64,000 bases of DNA, from the NCBI RefSeq assembly GCF_036507355.1, contig NZ_AP027877.1; one strand, 5' to 3'. This document shows, piece by piece, positions 8,962-19,120 of this stretch. Positions within the stretch are counted from its first letter, which is position 1. The number at the start of each line of letters is the position of its first letter. This stretch comes from Escherichia coli. GTDB lineage: Bacteria; Pseudomonadota; Gammaproteobacteria; Enterobacterales; Enterobacteriaceae. Position numbers and translations under genes: made by a program. The notes beneath the pieces are model-generated. The model saw only the letters and a list, made by a program, of their open reading frames with translations. It was not told where the DNA came from and searched no databases.

Positions 8962-9921
8962 ATGATAAAAAAACCTGTGATTGGAATCAGCGGTTGTTTG
9001 GCCGGTTCTGCTGTTCGTTTTGATGGTGGTCACAAAAGAGCTGACTTTTTAATGGACAAATTAGTGGAATGGGTAACATTCAGACCAGTATGTCCGGAAA
9101 TGGCTATAGGGCTGCCAGTTCCGCGTCCTGCTCTACGTCTTGTGCGCTCGACGCAAGGAAATATACGGATGTGTTTCAGCCACGACCAGAATGAGGATGT
9201 GACAGAGAGAATGACAGAGTTTAGTCGTTCTTATATGGACAAATTAAAGGATGTATCGGGGTTTGTGGTTTGTGCTAAATCTCCCAGCTGTGGCATGGAG
9301 CGCGTGCGTGTCTATGATGAAAATGGTAATCGAGGTCGTAAAGATGGAGTGGGACTATTTACGAGTACTTTGATGGAAAAGTTTTCCTGGCTACCGGTTG
9401 AAGAGGATGGGCGATTACATGATCCAGTGCTTCGTGAGAATTTTGTTGAAAGAGTTTTTGCTTTGCATGAGCTCAATCACCTTTACAAGGAGAAATTATC
9501 AAGAAGAGAGTTATTAGCTTTTCATAGTCGTTATAAGCTTCAGTTGTTGGCGCATAGTCAGGCAGGCTATAAAGATATGGGACCATTTGTGGCTGCAATA
9601 CACGAGTGGGCGGACCTTGAATCATACTTTGAGGTGTATCGTGATAAGCTGATGGCGATTCTCAGAAAACCTGCATCACGTAAAAATCACACGAATGTGC
9701 TGATGCATATACAGGGGTATTTTAGTAACTACTTAAGTACACGCCAGCGTAAAGAGTTGAGCGAGGTTATACTTAACTATCGTTCTGGCACATTACCTCT
9801 TCTTGCGCCGTTGACTCTGCTGAAGCATTATCTGGGTGAGTATCCTAATGATTACTTGCTTACACAGAATTACTTCGATCCCTATCCGGACGAACTGGCT
9901 CTAAGACTGATGGTAAATTAA
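8962..9921 (+). CDS. DUF523 (TudS-like thiouracil desulfidase, Fe-S) fused to DUF1722 (YbgA-like) protein
   Basis: 319 aa; N-terminal GISGCLAGSAVRFDGG, PVCPEMAIGLPVPR and SPSCGMERV cysteine motifs typical of DUF523; C-terminal LRENFVERVFALHEL...YKLQLLAHSQAGY typical of DUF1722. Confidence 0.55.
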   Translation: MIKKPVIGISGCLAGSAVRFDGGHKRADFLMDKLVEWVTFRPVCPEMAIGLPVPRPALRLVRSTQGNIRMCFSHDQNEDVTERMTEFSRSYMDKLKDVSGFVVCAKSPSCGMERVRVYDENGNRGRKDGVGLFTSTLMEKFSWLPVEEDGRLHDPVLRENFVERVFALHELNHLYKEKLSRRELLAFHSRYKLQLLAHSQAGYKDMGPFVAAIHEWADLESYFEVYRDKLMAILRKPASRKNHTNVLMHIQGYFSNYLSTRQRKELSEVILNYRSGTLPLLAPLTLLKHYLGEYPNDYLLTQNYFDPYPDELALRLMVN

Positions 9922-10263
9922 TTGTATGCGATATCATCCAAAAGGATGAGTTCCTGCATGCAGGATATTTACAATCGTAAAAACTACACTATGATACCCA
10001 GAGTGTCAGTTTGTATAAAAACTCTGTTTACGCTGAAGAAACAATTGAGATGCAACTTAAAGTTGGTAAACATGCCAGTCAAAATATATAATATTATGAT
10101 TCCACGCAGCTATATATAATATAACAGATTGGTTTAATAATTTGTCTTTGTGAGTTAAATACATAATTTTATACTTGTGATGCAATGAAATTTTCCTTAT
10201 TGTTGAACTGGCGAATATTGATTTTCCACCTATACTTACCTGGTGTAACCCCAATGATATCAG

Positions 10264-11004
10264 GTGGATAATATGCCATACATATGTTCTATCATTTTGG
10301 TGTTGAACTCGTTTGATGTCCGAATTGGTAAAGAAGATATTTTGTTTAAAAAAGGAAGTGCTGTTCTCATTGATTACAATTTAAAAGATTTTTTTTCATC
10401 AAATATAGATCATGTAATGATCGTAGATGTTGAAGAGAAAACAGTTAATGATTTCTTTAAAAGCAACACACTCTCACCTTTTTCTGTAAGAAGGTTTTAT
10501 CCGGCATACTTGATGGTGGAATGTGAAGATTTTTCATTGTTAAAGAACTTGATTGCATGCTTGAATTGTGATGGCAGAACTGTGGATTTTGTTAGAAATC
10601 AAATATCACTTGCATGTCTTGCTATCTTATCTTCAGAGAAAATAGTGCAAAGTTTTTTATTTGGATGTCTTAATAGTTTAGGAAGTAAAGTTAAGGCTAT
10701 TATTCACACGGATATATCTGCAGCATGGAGACTTTGTGATATATCTTCAAGACTGTATCTGAGTGAAAGTCTGTTAAAAAGAAAATTAAAGCACGAAGGC
10801 TTATCATTTAGTAAGTTAATTCTTGAAGAGCGAATGGTGATGGCGGAAAGGTTATTAAGCTACAATTTATATTCTGTTGGAAAAGTTGCTGAGATATGCG
10901 GTTATGAAAACACGTCATATTTTGTGAGTGTTTTCAGAAGATATTTTGGTGTTCCTCCCCATCAATATTCATCAAGATTTTTTTTAGAAAAAGACATGAT
11001 GTAA
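10264..11004 (+). CDS. AraC-family transcriptional regulator, AppY/EnvY-like
   Basis: 246 aa; C-terminal double HTH (WRLCDISSRLYLSESLLKRKLK...VGKVAEICGYENTSYFVSVFRRYFGVPP); very AT-rich gene and upstream region. Confidence 0.8.
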   Translation: MDNMPYICSIILVLNSFDVRIGKEDILFKKGSAVLIDYNLKDFFSSNIDHVMIVDVEEKTVNDFFKSNTLSPFSVRRFYPAYLMVECEDFSLLKNLIACLNCDGRTVDFVRNQISLACLAILSSEKIVQSFLFGCLNSLGSKVKAIIHTDISAAWRLCDISSRLYLSESLLKRKLKHEGLSFSKLILEERMVMAERLLSYNLYSVGKVAEICGYENTSYFVSVFRRYFGVPPHQYSSRFFLEKDMM

Positions 11005-11065
11005 CATGATGCGTTTTAATGATTTTGTAATTTTCGTATTTGATAATTGTATGATGCTTTCAGCT

Positions 11066-11097
11066 ACGCCAGAATAATCGCTGGCGTTTTTCTTTTT
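11066..11097 (+). terminator. Rho-independent terminator after the AraC-like gene
   Basis: ACGCCAG-AATAATCG-CTGGCGT hairpin followed by TTTTTCTTTTT. Confidence 0.4.
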
Positions 11098-11192
11098 GAA
11101 TAGATGTTCAAGCCTTACGCTAATGTAACTTCTATACCTTTCCTCTTCGTTCCGAACCGTGTACACCATCCGTTATTTGCGGAGGTGAGGCT

Positions 11193-11408
11193 ATGAAATC
11201 TATGGATAAGTTAACAACGGGCATTGCCTACGGCACCTCCGCAGGCAGTGCTGGCTACTGGTTTTTACAGTTGCTCGATAAAGTCACGCCCTCACAGTGG
11301 GCAGCAATAGGTGTGCTGGGTAGCCTGGTATTTGGCCTGCTGACGTACCTGACAAACCTTTATTTCAAGATTAAAGAAGATAAGCGCAAGGCTGCGAGAG
11401 GTGAATAA
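11193..11408 (+). CDS. Class II holin (phage-21 S21-type pinholin)
   Basis: 71 aa, [26 protein letters not shown]..., two TM segments, matches recalled S21/EssD. Confidence 0.85.
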   Translation: MKSMDKLTTGIAYGTSAGSAGYWFLQLLDKVTPSQWAAIGVLGSLVFGLLTYLTNLYFKIKEDKRKAARGE

Positions 11409-11905
11409 TGCCTCCATCATTACGAAAAGCCGTTGCTGCTGCTATTGGTGGCGGAGCAATTGCTATAGCATCAGTGTTAATCACTGGCCCAAGTGGTAAC
11501 GATGGTCTGGAAGGTGTCAGCTACATACCATACAAAGATATTGTTGGTGTATGGACTGTATGTCACGGGCATACAGGAAAAGACATCATGCTCGGTAAAA
11601 CGTATACCAAAGCAGAATGCAAAGCCCTCCTGAATAAAGACCTTGCCACGGTCGCCAGACAAATTAACCCGTACATAAAAGTTGATATACCGGAAACAAC
11701 GCGCGGCGCTCTTTACTTGTTCGTTTACAACGTGGGCGCTGGCAATTTCAGAACATCGACGCTTCTTCGCAAAATAAACCAGGGCGATATCAAAGGCGCA
11801 TGTGATCAGCTACGTCGCTGGACATATGCTGGCGGTAAGCAATGGAAAGGGCTGATGACTCGCCGTGAGATTGAGCGTGAAGTCTGTTTGTGGGGGCAAC
11901 AATGA
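11408..11905 (+). CDS. SAR endolysin (phage-21 R-type lysozyme)
   Basis: 165 aa; N-terminal Gly/Ala-rich signal-anchor-release segment [18 protein letters not shown]; lysozyme catalytic region. Confidence 0.88.
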   Translation: MPPSLRKAVAAAIGGGAIAIASVLITGPSGNDGLEGVSYIPYKDIVGVWTVCHGHTGKDIMLGKTYTKAECKALLNKDLATVARQINPYIKVDIPETTRGALYLFVYNVGAGNFRTSTLLRKINQGDIKGACDQLRRWTYAGGKQWKGLMTRREIEREVCLWGQQ

Positions 11906-12345
11906 GTAGAGTAACCGCGATTATCTCCGCTCTGGTTATCAGCATCATCGTCTGCCTGTCATGGGCTGTTAATCATTACCGTGATAACGCCATGACCTAC
12001 AAAGAACAGCGCGACAAAGCCACATCCATCATCGCTGACATGCAGAAGCGTCAACATGATGTAGCAGAACTCGACGCCAGATACACAAAGGAGCTTGCTG
12101 ATGCTAACGCGACTATCGAAAGTCTTCGTGCTGATGTTTCTGCTGGTCGTAAGTGGCTGCACGTCAAAGCAGTCTGTCCGGACAAGCATAAAACCACCGC
12201 CGCCTCCGGCGTGGATGATGCTTCCAGCCCCAGACTTACTGACACCGCTCAACGGGATTATTTCGTTCTCAGAGAGCGCATCGAAACCATAACTAACCAA
12301 TTGAATGGCCTGCAAGAATATGTGAGATCACAGTGTTCATATTAG
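11902..12345 (+). CDS. i-spanin Rz
   Basis: N-terminal TM helix then coiled-coil periplasmic domain; overlaps endolysin stop. Confidence 0.8.
   Translation: MSRVTAIISALVISIIVCLSWAVNHYRDNAMTYKEQRDKATSIIADMQKRQHDVAELDARYTKELADANATIESLRADVSAGRKWLHVKAVCPDKHKTTAASGVDDASSPRLTDTAQRDYFVLRERIETITNQLNGLQEYVRSQCSY
12101..12292 (+). CDS. o-spanin Rz1 (lipoprotein) embedded in +1 frame of Rz
   Basis: Lipobox LVVSGC followed by Pro-rich stretch KPPPPPAW; entirely inside Rz. Confidence 0.65.
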   Translation: MLTRLSKVFVLMFLLVVSGCTSKQSVRTSIKPPPPPAWMMLPAPDLLTPLNGIISFSESASKP

Positions 12346-12758
12346 AAAAGTCTTATCATAAGATTTTTGTATATGGATGCATTATGTCTCAATACGCTCA
12401 CGTTGCTTTAATCGCTTATCATTTGGTGGCTGATAGCTCAATGACTCCTCGTGATGCATGGGATGCAGCTATCGCAGAGGTTACAGAAAGCGAATCGTCA
12501 AGAAAGAAGATATGCCCAAGGGCAACATTTCTCGCCCTGGCGGATAGCGGTTACCTGAAGAATGTAAAACCACTGCATGGGGAGAAAAAGGGCGGTAAGT
12601 TGTACCAAAGGGCAATTGAAGTTGCGAATCTGATTCTTGATTTACCCGGAATCAGTAAAGCTGAATTGGTTGATAAAACTGGTTACAAAGACAGGCAAGG
12701 GTCTTATGACCTGATTCTCGCTCTGTATCATCATGAGCAACTCCAGCGATCGGAATAA
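12333..12758 (+). CDS. YbcV-like hypothetical phage protein
   Basis: 141-aa ORF (start possibly Met at 12386) at the position of ybcV in DLP12; no recognisable motif. Confidence 0.4.
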   Translation: MFILEKSYHKIFVYGCIMSQYAHVALIAYHLVADSSMTPRDAWDAAIAEVTESESSRKKICPRATFLALADSGYLKNVKPLHGEKKGGKLYQRAIEVANLILDLPGISKAELVDKTGYKDRQGSYDLILALYHHEQLQRSE

Positions 12759-12875
12759 TTATCCCAGCATCAGTGTCAAAAATAGGCAGTGATACGCTAT
12801 TTTCCTGAAAATACTTTACTAACATTTTATGAGAATTATCCTAGTAATGTGTTTATTTAAAAGGAGTTTGGGTTT

Positions 12876-13079
12876 ATGAAAATTCTCTGGGTCATCAGTC
12901 TTTTGTGTAGTGCTATTGGATTTATTGAAGGAATCCTCGGGGTTTTCGGTGCTCAGAGTGCTCCACAACAGGCTGCAGGTGCAGCAATGGGAGTAGCATG
13001 GGCAGTTATTCCATATTGTATTTGTCGTGCTATCCAACAATTGCGCCCTCGAGAAGTCATTATTAAAAAGGAAGAATGA
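12876..13079 (+). CDS. YbcW-like small membrane protein (67 aa)
   Basis: ORF with RBS-like GGAG upstream; two hydrophobic segments. Confidence 0.4.
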   Translation: MKILWVISLLCSAIGFIEGILGVFGAQSAPQQAAGAAMGVAWAVIPYCICRAIQQLRPREVIIKKEE

Positions 13080-13144
13080 CCAGATCTTATCCGGTGTTTT
13101 TTCTGTCTAAGCCTCGCGTCGCGGGGCTTTTTATTGGAGCCAGC

Positions 13145-13495
13145 ATGCCACCACGAACACCAAAAGCCTGCCGTGTTCGCGGCTGCCGCCATACCACAAC
13201 TGACCCGTCAGGCTATTGCGAAAGCCACAAAAGTGAAGGCTGGAAGCAATACAAGCCGGGCCAGTCCAGACACCAGCGCGGTTATGGTTCGAAATGGGAT
13301 GTTATCCGTGAACGTGTGCTCAAGCGTGACAAAGGACTGTGTCAGTTATGTCTGCGTGGTGGTGTGGTACGTGAGGCGAAAACCGTTGACCACATCATCC
13401 CTAAAGCGCATGGCGGCACTGATGCCGACAGCAATCTGCAGAGCCTGTGCTGGCCGTGTCATAAGGCGAAGACGGCCCGTGAACGGTTGAAGTAA
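13145..13495 (+). CDS. HNH endonuclease (packaging-associated)
   Basis: CxxC...DHIIPKAHGGTDADSNLQSLCWPCH HNH motif; directly upstream of terminase genes; start taken at MPPRTPKA. Confidence 0.8.
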   Translation: MPPRTPKACRVRGCRHTTTDPSGYCESHKSEGWKQYKPGQSRHQRGYGSKWDVIRERVLKRDKGLCQLCLRGGVVREAKTVDHIIPKAHGGTDADSNLQSLCWPCHKAKTARERLK

Positions 13496-13611
13496 GAACC
13501 AGTTCCCACTGCCAGAGGGGAGGGGCGGGTCAAATCCCTGTGACCTGACGTCTTCCGGACTGCCCGCCCCATCGTTTTTTTATACCCGCGAAAAATGAAA
13601 TTTAACCAGGA

Positions 13612-14115
13612 GTGCCGCATATGGCTGGAACGGCGGGGCGTTCCGGGCGTCGCCCCAAGCCAACGGCGCGCAAGGCGCTGGCCGGAAACCCCGGCAAGCG
13701 AGCCCTGAATAAAGATGAACCTGTTTTTACGCCCATCAAAGGTGTTGAGCCACCGGAGTGGTTCGCTGAAGAAGATCTCCCTCTCGCCACGATCATGTGG
13801 CAACTGACAACCAAAGAACTCTGCGGTCAGGGCCTGCTGTGCGTGACTGACCTGGCGGTACTTGAGCGGTGGTGTGTGGCCTATGAGTTCTGGCGACGTG
13901 CCGTGAAAAATATTGCCAGACAGGGCAACACCATCACCGGTGCAATGGGCGGTATGGTCAAAAATCCTGAGCTGACCGCCAAAAAAGAACAGGAGTCCGA
14001 GATGAGCAGTACGGGGGCAATGCTCGGACTCGACCCCAGCAGCCGCCAGCGTCTGATTGGCCTGGCGGGGCAGAAGAAAGCCACTAACCCGTTTCTGAAA
14101 ATTATCGAATCATGA
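13612..14115 (+). CDS. Terminase small subunit (P27 family)
   Basis: 167-aa ORF preceding and overlapping terL; terminase small-subunit-like sequence. Confidence 0.7.
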   Translation: MPHMAGTAGRSGRRPKPTARKALAGNPGKRALNKDEPVFTPIKGVEPPEWFAEEDLPLATIMWQLTTKELCGQGLLCVTDLAVLERWCVAYEFWRRAVKNIARQGNTITGAMGGMVKNPELTAKKEQESEMSSTGAMLGLDPSSRQRLIGLAGQKKATNPFLKIIES

Positions 14116-15845
14116 GCCGGAAATCTTACCCCAACGTAAATGCTGCCAATCAGTATGCCCGGGATGTCGTTCGCGGAAAGATTGTGGCCTGCCAGTTTGT
14201 GATTCAGGCCTGCCAGCGCCATCTTGATGACCTGATGGCGGAAAAAAGTAAGTCGTTTCGTTACCGCTTCGACAAGGACCTGGCTGAACGGGCCGCCAAA
14301 TTTATTCAGCTGTTGCCGCATACCAAGGGTGAGTGGGCATTCAAACGGATGCCCATCACGCTGGAGCCGTGGCAGCTCTTTGTGATCTGCTGTGCGTTTG
14401 GCTGGGTCAATAAAGGTACCCGGCTGCGCCGCTTCCGGGAGGTGTATACCGAAATCCCCCGTAAGAACGGCAAATCGGCAATCTCTGCCGGTGTTGCCCT
14501 GTATTGTTTTGCCTGTGATAACGAGTTTGGCGCGGAAGTGTATTCCGGTGCCACGACAGAGAAACAGGCGTGGGAAGTCTTTCGCCCGGCGCGACTGATG
14601 TGTAAACGCACACCCATGCTGACGGAAGCGTTCGGGATTGAGGTTAACGCCTCAAACATGAACCGTCCGGAGGATGGCGCGCGGTTTGAACCGCTGATCG
14701 GTAACCCCGGTGATGGTTCATCACCCCACTGTGCTGTGGTGGATGAATATCACGAGCATGCCACAGATGCACTTTACACCACGATGCTTACCGGGATGGG
14801 CGCGCGACGTCAGCCACTGATGTGGGCCATTACTACTGCCGGGTACAACATTGAGGGGCCGTGCTACGACAAGCGGCGGGAAGTCATCGAGATGCTCAAC
14901 GGCTCGGTGCCCAACGATGAACTGTTCGGGATCATCTATACCGTTGATGAAGGTGACGACTGGACCGACCCGCAGGTGCTGGAAAAAGCCAATCCAAATA
15001 TTGGCGTGTCGGTTTATCGCGAATTTTTGTTAAGTCAGCAGCAGCGTGCGAAAAATAACGCCCGTCTGGCAAACGTCTTTAAAACAAAACACCTCAATAT
15101 CTGGGTGTCGGCGCGTTCGGCGTATTTCAACCTGGTGAGCTGGCAGAGCTGCGAGGATAAATCACTGACCCTTGAGCAGTTCGAGGGGCAGCCGTGCATT
15201 CTGGCCTTTGACCTGGCGCGCAAGCTGGATATGAACAGCATGGCGCGACTTTATACCCGCGAGATTGACGGTAAAACGCATTACTACAGTGTGGCCCCGC
15301 GTTTCTGGGTACCGTATGACACGGTGTACAGCGTCGAGAAAAATGAAGATCGCCGGACAGCCGAACGCTTTCAGAAATGGGTGGAAATGGGCGTTCTGAC
15401 CGTTACCGATGGTGCGGAGGTGGATTATCGCTACATCCTCGAGGAGGCCAAAGCGGCGAACAAAATCAGCCCGGTCAGTGAGTCACCCATCGACCCCTTC
15501 GGGGCGACCGGGTTGTCACATGACCTTGCTGATGAAGACCTGAACCCCATCACTATCATTCAGAACTACACCAACATGTCCGACCCGATGAAAGAGCTGG
15601 AAGCGGCAATTGAATCGGGGCGCTTTCATCATGATGGCAATCCCATCATGACCTGGTGTATCGGCAACGTGGTCGGCAAAACCATTCCGGGTAACGATGA
15701 TGTGGTGAAGCCCGTCAAAGAGCAGGCGGAAAACAAAATCGATGGTGCAGTTGCGCTGATTATGGCGGTTGGCAGAGCCATGCTGTACGAGAAAGAAGAC
15801 ACGCTGTCTGACCACATTGAGTCCTATGGGATCCGCTCGCTTTAA
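14112..15845 (+). CDS. Terminase large subunit
   Basis: 577 aa; ATPase and nuclease regions typical of TerL. Confidence 0.9.
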
Positions 15846-15856
15846 CTGAGGTAATT

Positions 15857-16039
15857 ATGATCATGCTGATTCTCGCGCCTCTGGTGGGCGTGCTGGGGGC
15901 GCTTTTGCTGGCGTATGGTGCCTGGCTGATTTATCCCCCGGCGGGGTTTGTTGTTGCCGGGGCGTTGTGCCTGTTCTGGTCGTGGCTGGTGGCGCGATAT
16001 CTCGACCGTACACAGTCGTCTGTCGGCGGAGGTAAATAG
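15857..16039 (+). CDS. Small hydrophobic phage protein (60 aa)
   Basis: ORF between terL and portal, mostly hydrophobic. Confidence 0.3.
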
Positions 16040-17280
16040 TGTTCTTTTCGGGATTATTTCAACGAAAAAGTGACGCACCGGTGACCACGCCAGCAGAGCT
16101 GGCGGATGCTATCGGGTTGTCCTACGACACCTATACCGGAAAGCAGATCAGCAGCCAGCGGGCCATGCGACTGACGGCGGTTTTTTCCTGTGTCAGGGTG
16201 CTGGCGGAGTCGGTCGGGATGTTGCCCTGCAACCTGTATCACCTGAACGGCAGCCTGAAGCAGAGAGCCACTGGCGAACGTCTGCATAAGCTGATCTCCA
16301 CGCATCCCAATGGCTATATGACGCCGCAGGAGTTCTGGGAGCTGGTGGTCACCTGTCTGTGCCTGCGGGGAAACTTTTACGCCTACAAAGTGAAAGCATT
16401 TGGCGAAGTGGCTGAACTGCTGCCCGTCGATCCCGGCTGTGTGGTACCGAAGCTTAACAGTAGCTGGGAGCCGATCTATCAGGTCACATTCCCGGATGGC
16501 TCCACGGATGTACTGAGCCAGGAGGATATCTGGCATGTGCGCACGCTGACGCTGGACGGACTGGTGGGGCTGAATCCCATCGCCTATGCCCGCGAGGCAA
16601 TATCGCTGGCAGCTGCGACCGAAGAGCACGGGGCCAGACTGTTCAGCAATGGCGCGGTGACGTCGGGTGTGTTGCGTACAGAGCAGACGCTGTCAGATCA
16701 GGCTTATGAGCGCCTGAAGAAAGATTTTGAGGAGCGTCACACCGGGCTTGGCAATGCTCACCGCCCGATGATCCTTGAGATGGGGCTGGACTGGAAGTCG
16801 ATGGCGCTGAACGCCGAGGACAGCCAGTTCCTGGAAACCCGCAAGTTTCAGCTTGAAGAAATCTGTCGTCTGTTCCGGGTGCCGTTGCACATGGTGCAGA
16901 ACACCGATCGCGCCACCTTCAACAATATCGAAGAGCTGGGGCTGGGATTTATCAACTATTCACTGGTGCCGTATCTGACCCGCATCGAACAGCGGATCAA
17001 CACCGGACTGGTACGAAAAAGTAAGCAGGGCGTTTATTACGCCAAATTTAACGCCGGGGCGTTACTGCGCGGGGATATGAAGTCCCGTTTTGAAGCCTAC
17101 GCCACCGGGATCAACTGGGGAATTTACTCTCCCAATGACTGCCGCGACCTGGAAGATATGAATCCGCGTCCCGGTGGTGATGTCTATCTCACACCGATGA
17201 ACATGACCACGAAACCCTCCGATGGCAGTAAGGCCGGTAAGCAGAAGGATAACGCCAATGCAGACGAAACAACGTCTTGA
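16039..17280 (+). CDS. Portal protein (HK97 family)
   Basis: 413 aa, position after terL, portal-like sequence. Confidence 0.85.
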   Translation: MFFSGLFQRKSDAPVTTPAELADAIGLSYDTYTGKQISSQRAMRLTAVFSCVRVLAESVGMLPCNLYHLNGSLKQRATGERLHKLISTHPNGYMTPQEFWELVVTCLCLRGNFYAYKVKAFGEVAELLPVDPGCVVPKLNSSWEPIYQVTFPDGSTDVLSQEDIWHVRTLTLDGLVGLNPIAYAREAISLAAATEEHGARLFSNGAVTSGVLRTEQTLSDQAYERLKKDFEERHTGLGNAHRPMILEMGLDWKSMALNAEDSQFLETRKFQLEEICRLFRVPLHMVQNTDRATFNNIEELGLGFINYSLVPYLTRIEQRINTGLVRKSKQGVYYAKFNAGALLRGDMKSRFEAYATGINWGIYSPNDCRDLEDMNPRPGGDVYLTPMNMTTKPSDGSKAGKQKDNANADETTS

Positions 17281-17908
17281 TGTACTGCTGAGTCTGAAAT
17301 CTGTCAGTGACTCCGGTGAGTTTGAAGGGTATGGCTCCGTCTTTGGTGTAAAGGACAGCCACGATGATGTGGTGATGTCCGGGGCATTTGCTGCTTCCCT
17401 GCGGGCGTGGAGTGACAGAAAAGCGTTACCTGCGCTGCTCTGGCAGCACCGCATGGATGAACCCATCGGTGTTTACACCGAAATGAAGGAAGACGATGTC
17501 GGGCTTTACGTCAGGGGACGGTTGCTTATTGATGATGATCCCCTCGCAAAACGCGCACATGCACACATGAAGGCCGGTTCGTTAACCGGCCTTTCTATTG
17601 GGTACGTCCTGAAAGACTGGGAATACGACCGGAGCAAAGAAGCCTTTCTGCTGAAAGAAATCGACCTCTGGGAAGTCAGCCTGGTGACGTTCCCGTCTAA
17701 CGACGAGGCGCGGATCAGCGACGTCAAGAACGCACTGGCCCGCGGGGAAATCCCCGAACAGAAAAAAATCGAAAGAGTCCTGCGTGATGTCGGACTCTCC
17801 CGTACCCAGGCCAAAGCATTCATGGCCGGGGGCTATGGCGCACTGTCCCTGCGCGACGCTGAGGATGTGGGCTCTGCACTGAATGCACTGAAAAATCTGA
17901 ACTTCTAA
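17258..17908 (+). CDS. Prohead protease (HK97 family)
   Basis: ORF following portal; start taken at MQTKQRLDVLL. Confidence 0.7.
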   Translation: MQTKQRLDVLLSLKSVSDSGEFEGYGSVFGVKDSHDDVVMSGAFAASLRAWSDRKALPALLWQHRMDEPIGVYTEMKEDDVGLYVRGRLLIDDDPLAKRAHAHMKAGSLTGLSIGYVLKDWEYDRSKEAFLLKEIDLWEVSLVTFPSNDEARISDVKNALARGEIPEQKKIERVLRDVGLSRTQAKAFMAGGYGALSLRDAEDVGSALNALKNLNF

Positions 17909-17922
17909 TCAGGAGAAATACG

Positions 17923-18582
17923 ATGGCGGTTGATATTAAAGATGTCGAACAGGTCGCGCAGGAGCTGCAGCAGAAGTTTGACGACTTCAAAGCAAAGAAC
18001 GACAAGCGCGTGGATGCGATTGAGCAGGAAAAAGGCAAGCTTGCCGGGCAGGTGGAAACCCTGAACGGGAAACTCAGCGAGCTGGAAAATCTCAAAAGCG
18101 ACCTTGAAAAAGAGCTGTTTGAGCTGAAACGTCCGGCAACGGCGTATGTCGAAAGCGGGGTGCTGCGCATTCAGCGTGATGTCACCACGTACAGGAAAAA
18201 TGCTTACGGGGTTGCGGATAACAGCTACCTCGACAGCGAGACGCTGCATACCAGTGCGTATGTACTGCGCAAACTGAAATCCGTCATTACCAGTAAGTAC
18301 GGGCGTCACAAGCTTGCCAGCGACGGTACCCGCTTTGGTCCCGGTCAGGCGATTGTCACCCCGGCGGTGATCAAAGGGGAACTGCTGGCAACCTACCGTC
18401 AGCTTGGGCGTGCGGGGATCGTGGAAAACTACGAACTGTTTAAGCAGTACCTGGTTGTGGAGCGTGATGCCAGCGATCCGAACCGCCTGAACACGCTGTT
18501 CCCGCCTGACTATGTTAACCAGTTGCGTGTCTTTGCCGTGGTTAACCAGTTCCGTCTTCAGTATTCAGAGGAGTCTGCATAA
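17923..18582 (+). CDS. Phage structural protein; N-terminal coiled-coil resembling the delta domain of an HK97-like major capsid protein but far too short (219 aa); probable deletion remnant
   Basis: N-terminus AQELQQKFDDFKAKNDKRVDAIEQEKGKLAGQVETLNGKL is delta-domain-like; a complete capsid gene would be about 400 codons. Confidence 0.35.
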   Translation: MAVDIKDVEQVAQELQQKFDDFKAKNDKRVDAIEQEKGKLAGQVETLNGKLSELENLKSDLEKELFELKRPATAYVESGVLRIQRDVTTYRKNAYGVADNSYLDSETLHTSAYVLRKLKSVITSKYGRHKLASDGTRFGPGQAIVTPAVIKGELLATYRQLGRAGIVENYELFKQYLVVERDASDPNRLNTLFPPDYVNQLRVFAVVNQFRLQYSEESA

Positions 18583-18938
18583 TGGCCCGTATCGGGGGAA
18601 CCTGTTATTTCAAAATTGACGGTCAGCAGCTATCGCTGACCGGCGGCATTGAGGTGCCCATGAACAGGACGGTCAATGATGACATCATCGGCCTGGACGG
18701 TTCAGTGGACCGCAAAGAAACTCACCGTGCGCCTTATGTCAAAGGGACCTTCAAGGTGCCGAAGAATTTTCCGGTGAGCAAAATCACCTCGTCTGATGAG
18801 ATGACCATCACTGCCGAGCTGGCAAACGGTCAGGTCTATGTACTGTCGTCTGCCTGGCTGCACGGCGAAGCGAACCATAATGCCGAAGAAGGCACGGTCG
18901 ATCTTGAGTTCCACGGTGAAGAAGGGGATTACCAGTAA
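18582..18938 (+). CDS. Hypothetical phage structural protein (118 aa)
   Basis: ORF coupled to flanking genes; no secure assignment. Confidence 0.3.
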   Translation: MARIGGTCYFKIDGQQLSLTGGIEVPMNRTVNDDIIGLDGSVDRKETHRAPYVKGTFKVPKNFPVSKITSSDEMTITAELANGQVYVLSSAWLHGEANHNAEEGTVDLEFHGEEGDYQ

Positions 18939-19120
18939 TGAAAGAGCTTGAGTTAAAGAAACCGATTACCGCTCATGGCGAGACACTCTCCGTACTGGAG
19001 TTTGATGAGCCCACCGGGAAAGATGTCCGCGAGCTGGGATATCCCTACCAGATGAATCAGGATGAGTCCGTCAGACTTCTGGCGCATGTGGTATCGAAAT
19101 ACATCGTGCGGCTGCCCTGA
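18938..19120 (+). CDS. Hypothetical phage protein (60 aa)
   Basis: ORF with ATGA overlap to next gene. Confidence 0.3.
   Translation: MKELELKKPITAHGETLSVLEFDEPTGKDVRELGYPYQMNQDESVRLLAHVVSKYIVRLP

Noticed and set aside
9922-10254. Small ORFs 9922-10119 (+) and 10057-10254 (-)
   Set aside because: They fall in the AT-rich promoter region upstream of the AraC-like gene, with no RBS and low-complexity content.
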